A stretch of 48,261 nt of DNA from Candidatus Eiseniibacteriota bacterium (lineage in GTDB: Bacteria > Eisenbacteria > RBG-16-71-46 > CAZEPH01). The translations under genes were made by a program, and so were the position numbers. The stretch spans positions 1 through 48,261 of the forward strand of contig JBGATO010000028.1 in NCBI GenBank assembly GCA_044229145.1. Reading direction: 5' to 3'. Below are positions 45,302 through 48,261 of the stretch, piece after piece; the first letter of the stretch is position 1, and the number at the start of each line of letters is the position of its first letter. Under the pieces are notes generated by a model that was given only the letters and a program-made list of their open reading frames with translations, was not told the origin of the DNA and ran no database searches.

Positions 45302-45964
45302 ATGACTGCCCCGCGTCATCTCACGGCCATCGCGGCCGCCGCGCTGTTCGCGCTTCCTGCTACCTGCTTCGCCTCGCTGACACTGTCGCACCTGGCCAGC
45401 GATGCCGAGTTGTACGCGCTGTCCCCGAGCTTCGACTTCGTCGCCGAGGGACGCATCGGCGATCGGGCCGGCGCGGCGACCTTCGAACTCGACCTCGGTC
45501 CGGACACCTCCGCGCCGTACACCACCGCGCAGCACGGCTGGGTGAATGCGCAGAGCGAGCCGTTCACGCTGACCTACACGCCCGGCGTCGGCAGCGTCGC
45601 CACGTTCACGCTCGGCGGGCACACGCTGACCTATCCGTCGACGCTCGGCGCCAACGAGATCTTCCTGCGAACGCGCGCCGTCAATGCCGGCAGTGCGATC
45701 ACCGTGCACTCGCTGGTGCTCGACGGCGTCGCCATCGCCGATCAATCGCAGGCCACCGCCGACGGTCTCGACATCCTGCGCATCCAGGGCGCGAGCCTCC
45801 TCGACGGCTTCACGCTGACCGGCACCGCCGTGCTGACCTGGACCGACCCCGCGCCGACCCAGTCGCGGCTGGCGTTCCAGATCAAGGTCGGCACGGTCGC
45901 GCCGACGCCGGTGGAGGCGACGACGTGGGGGACGATGAAGGCGTTGTACGTCGACCGGCGCTAG
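45302..45964 (+). CDS. Secreted protein resembling the choice-of-anchor W domain, with C-terminal TWG..K.LY tail
   Basis: GAGG RBS, signal peptide, FVAEGRIG...FELDL, FLRTRA and FTLTG...W...P.QSRLAFQIKVG (family recalled, not searched). Ends TPVEATTWGTMKALYVDRR. Confidence 0.75.
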   Translation: MTAPRHLTAIAAAALFALPATCFASLTLSHLASDAELYALSPSFDFVAEGRIGDRAGAATFELDLGPDTSAPYTTAQHGWVNAQSEPFTLTYTPGVGSVATFTLGGHTLTYPSTLGANEIFLRTRAVNAGSAITVHSLVLDGVAIADQSQATADGLDILRIQGASLLDGFTLTGTAVLTWTDPAPTQSRLAFQIKVGTVAPTPVEATTWGTMKALYVDRR

Positions 45965-45981
45965 TCGACGCCGCTCTGCGC
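45918..45981 (+). repeat. 64-bp direct repeat, copy 2
   Basis: 61/64 identical to 45069..45132. Confidence 0.9.
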
Positions 45982-45983
45982 TA

Positions 45984-46023
45984 CGCGCGCCCGTCGCGTC
46001 GTGCGGCGGGCGCGCGCATTTTT
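45984..46023 (+). terminator. Intrinsic terminator
   Basis: CGCGCGCCCGTCGC-gtcgt-GCGGCGGGCGCGCG followed by CATTTTT. Confidence 0.7.
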
Positions 46024-46036
46024 CGGCGGGCGCGTC

Positions 46037-46066
46037 TTGAACCGCGGCGTGCGGTGTGGGTATCCT
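46037..46066 (+). promoter_or_regulatory. Sigma70-type promoter TTGAAC-N18-TATCCT
   Basis: Shares TTGAACCG...GGTATnCTCG with the promoter at 44257. Confidence 0.55.
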
Positions 46067-46111
46067 CGGACGTCGATCCTCAGCGCCCATCCTCTCCCTA
46101 GGAGTTCCCTC

Positions 46112-47257
46112 ATGCGCACTGCTTTGGTGTCGATCGGCGCGGCCGTCGCGATCGCGCTCGCCAGCACCGTCTCCCACGCCGGCCCGTCGGCCAGCGGCAC
46201 CTGGTACATCAACGGCGACAATTGCGGCTGCAGCGGGTCGTCCACCATCTCGCCCACGCACGCCGAGTCGAGCGGCAACTGGCTTGACGCCGGCCACAAC
46301 GTGTCGATGCCGTACTCCGCCACCGCCGACGCGGGCCGCGTGGCGGCCGAGTGCACGATGAGTTTCAGCACGGAAGACTGGGGCTCGATGGGCTGGCGCG
46401 TCTCCGCCACCGCCGGCATCACCGAGCAGGTAACGCCGGACTGGGCCGGATTCGTGACGCGCTACAACGCGGCGAACCTCGCGTCGGTGACGCTCGACTT
46501 CACGCTCTCCACCAACGGATTGCTCGGCGCCACCGCCAACGGGTTCGCGGGACCGTACTCCGGCGCCTCCATCACCTACGCGTATCAGGTGGCGGACGCC
46601 AGCGGCAGCGGCAGCCGCAGCGTGACCTCCGATGGCAATACGTCCATCGCGGGGCAGTGGGGCGTCATTCAGGGGACGTACACCGCCACCGCGCAGGCCA
46701 CCTACACGATGTCCTTCACGGGCACCGTCGGTGCGTACGGCGGCAAGGGCTACGTGCCCTTGGCATCCGGCGCCGGCCAGGCCAACGCGGACTTCGCGCA
46801 CACGCTCAAGTGGCTCGGCATCGACGCGATCCACGCCTACGACGCGAACCACGTCGAGATCCCGCTGCCGCCGGACGCATACCTCGACCTGATGGGCGCC
46901 GACACCGGCTTCAACTACTGGAACTCCGTGGAGGCACCGGTGGCGGTGCCGGGCGTTCGCGCGCCCGGCGCGCCGCGCGCGTCGATCGCGGTGGCGCCGA
47001 ATCCGGTGCGCGACGGCGCGCAGCTCACGCTCACGGTGCCGGACGCCGCGCGCACCACGCCGGCGACGGTGCAGGTGACCGACGTGCGCGGCCGCTTGGT
47101 GCGCACGCTGTGGGCGAACGCGCCGGTGGCCGGCACGCATTTGCTGCGCTGGGATGGTCGTGACGCGCACGGCGCCGCGGTGCCGCGCGGCGTGTACACG
47201 GTGACGCTGGCCGGCCGCGGGCTCGCGGCGTCGGCGCGGGTGCTGGTGGCCCGGTAA
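46112..47257 (+). CDS. Secreted Ser/Thr/Ala-rich protein with C-terminal FlgD-Ig/T9SS-like domain
   Basis: AGGAG RBS and a signal peptide. CTD: APNPVR...DVRGRLVRTL...WDGRD..G..VPRGVY. Confidence 0.8.
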   Translation: MRTALVSIGAAVAIALASTVSHAGPSASGTWYINGDNCGCSGSSTISPTHAESSGNWLDAGHNVSMPYSATADAGRVAAECTMSFSTEDWGSMGWRVSATAGITEQVTPDWAGFVTRYNAANLASVTLDFTLSTNGLLGATANGFAGPYSGASITYAYQVADASGSGSRSVTSDGNTSIAGQWGVIQGTYTATAQATYTMSFTGTVGAYGGKGYVPLASGAGQANADFAHTLKWLGIDAIHAYDANHVEIPLPPDAYLDLMGADTGFNYWNSVEAPVAVPGVRAPGAPRASIAVAPNPVRDGAQLTLTVPDAARTTPATVQVTDVRGRLVRTLWANAPVAGTHLLRWDGRDAHGAAVPRGVYTVTLAGRGLAASARVLVAR

Positions 47258-47385
47258 GCGCGTCGCCCGGGAGAAAACTCGTCCGTAGGCGTGTACGGCG
47301 GGGACGCGACTGTCCCCGGCGGATGCTGCGATCCTCCAGGCGGGACGGTCGATGCGAGTCGAACCGGCCCCCTGGAGGATTTTTC

Positions 47386-47907
47386 ATGCAGCACGGCGTA
47401 CGAGGAGTGGCGGCGGTGAGCGTGGCGATGGTGCTGCTGATGGCACCGCACCGCGCCCCGGCCGTGGAAGTGGGCGTCGACGGCGGCGTGGAGTACCAGA
47501 AGCAGGGCCGCTTCACGCAACTGGCGCTCAGCACGCCGCTCGGGGCGTGGAGCCCGTTGCCGGCGTTGCGCATCACCCGCGACACATCGCCCACCGGGCA
47601 GGTCGAGACATCCGTCTCGCTGGACCTGCAGCGGAGCCGGGGCGAGACCGACCTGTTGGTGGCCCTCGGCGTGTCGCACGTGTTCATCTCGCGCGCTCGC
47701 GGGACGGCGGTGCGGCGCTACGTGCGGGTCGGCGGACTCCTCACCGCCACCCAGTACAGCGCGTGGCCCGGGGTGCAGACCGGCGCGGGGCTGGTGCGCC
47801 CGTTGAGCGACCATGCCAACGCGCGGCTGGAGCTGCTCTACGCGCGTCCGGGGCATCGGCTGCGGGTGGTGGCGCTGCGTGCGGGGCTCTCGGTGCGGCT
47901 CCCGTAG
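47386..47907 (+). CDS. Hypothetical secreted protein, possible small outer-membrane beta-barrel
   Basis: GGAGG RBS, signal peptide, amphipathic strands and a C-terminal LRAGLSVRLP. Confidence 0.55.
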   Translation: MQHGVRGVAAVSVAMVLLMAPHRAPAVEVGVDGGVEYQKQGRFTQLALSTPLGAWSPLPALRITRDTSPTGQVETSVSLDLQRSRGETDLLVALGVSHVFISRARGTAVRRYVRVGGLLTATQYSAWPGVQTGAGLVRPLSDHANARLELLYARPGHRLRVVALRAGLSVRLP

Positions 47908-47999
47908 CCGCGTCGTGGTGGGGCGGGCCGGCGGTAGGGCGGCCCGCCCTCGCCTGACCCGGCAGGAGGCCGCGCGGGAGGCCGGCCGGTGCGTCGGGC

Positions 48000-48029
48000 T
48001 TGTATGTCAGGGCGCAGTCGTGGTAGGGT
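48000..48029 (+). promoter_or_regulatory. Candidate tRNA operon promoter TTGTAT-N18-TAGGGT with extended TG
   Basis: Lies about 50 nt upstream of tRNA-Tyr and is followed by GC-rich sequence. Confidence 0.4.
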
Positions 48030-48081
48030 CTGCCCCCTGCTCCGGCTGGTGCGCGAGGCGCCCGGCGGACACCGAGTTTTC

Positions 48082-48167
48082 GGTGGGGTACCAAAGCGGC
48101 CAAATGGGACGGGCTGTAAACTCGTTGGCTCACGCCTTCGAAGGTTCGAATCCTTCCCCCACCACCA
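48082..48167 (+). tRNA. trnY: tRNA-Tyr (GTA)
   Basis: Acceptor stem GGTGGGG/CCCCACC, anticodon arm ACGGG-CTGTAAA-CTCGT, long variable arm, GGTTCGAATCC T-loop and an encoded CCA. Confidence 0.97.
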
Positions 48168-48217
48168 TTTGCAGCACGTTGGCTGTACGGCGCCGCGCCA
48201 CGCGGCGCCCGCGGGAC

Positions 48218-48261
48218 GCGGGAGTAGCTCAGTTGGTAGAGCTCTAGCCTTCCAAGCTGGA
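48218..48261 (+). tRNA. trnG: tRNA-Gly (TCC), truncated by the window end
   Basis: GCGGGAGTAGCTCAGTTGGTAGAGC and anticodon arm CTAGC-CTTCCAA-GCTGG. The Tyr-Gly order matches the tRNA cluster that usually precedes tuf. Confidence 0.93.

Noticed and set aside
45069..45981. The 64-bp repeat as a DGR VR/TR pair, CRISPR repeat or integron attC
   Set aside because: There are only two copies, 849 bp apart. The mismatches are not adenine-specific, there are no RYYYAAC/GTTRRRY boxes, and no RT, cas or integrase gene is present.
48082..48261. tRNA-anchored genomic island
   Set aside because: The accessory genes lie 5' of the tRNAs, and I found no integrase or duplicated tRNA 3' end. TTCGAATCC near 35141 is a short match within coding sequence.

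Overview
This is very GC-rich bacterial DNA. The many Sec-exported proteins ending in a FlgD-Ig/T9SS-like domain or a short 'TWGxxKxLY' tail suggest an FCB-group candidate phylum such as Eisenbacteria, Krumholzibacteriota or Latescibacterota (inference only). Positions 1-7.7 kb hold a divergent purine-catabolism-type locus: a frameshifted ssnA-like gene, a ThrC-like PLP enzyme, an 8-oxoguanine deaminase-like gene, a ThiS/MoaD carrier and a three-subunit XdhD-type molybdoenzyme. Positions 7.8-47.9 kb are dominated by secreted or surface proteins. These are interspersed with an outer-membrane barrel/HMA/histidine-kinase module, rmlC, an OPT transporter, a Ser/Thr kinase-ATPase-TPR protein, an enoyl-CoA hydratase, a CopD-like protein and a Czc/Cus RND efflux operon whose TolC gene is frameshifted. 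The window ends with tRNA-Tyr and a truncated tRNA-Gly. The main candidate for a new system is a non-hydrophobic C-terminal signal, TP-x3-[STA]TWG-x-h-K-[AS]-[LI]-Y, shared by five unrelated secreted proteins. Two of these genes share a 64-bp near-identical DNA tail with a palindrome over the stop codon, and the other three are followed by the same hairpin. Also notable are a hemocyanin/prophenoloxidase-type copper protein fused to vWA, and an S74-chaperoned fibre gene paired with a CTD-bearing partner. No integrase, transposase, RT, CRISPR or rRNA was seen. All family calls come from motif recognition, not database searches.
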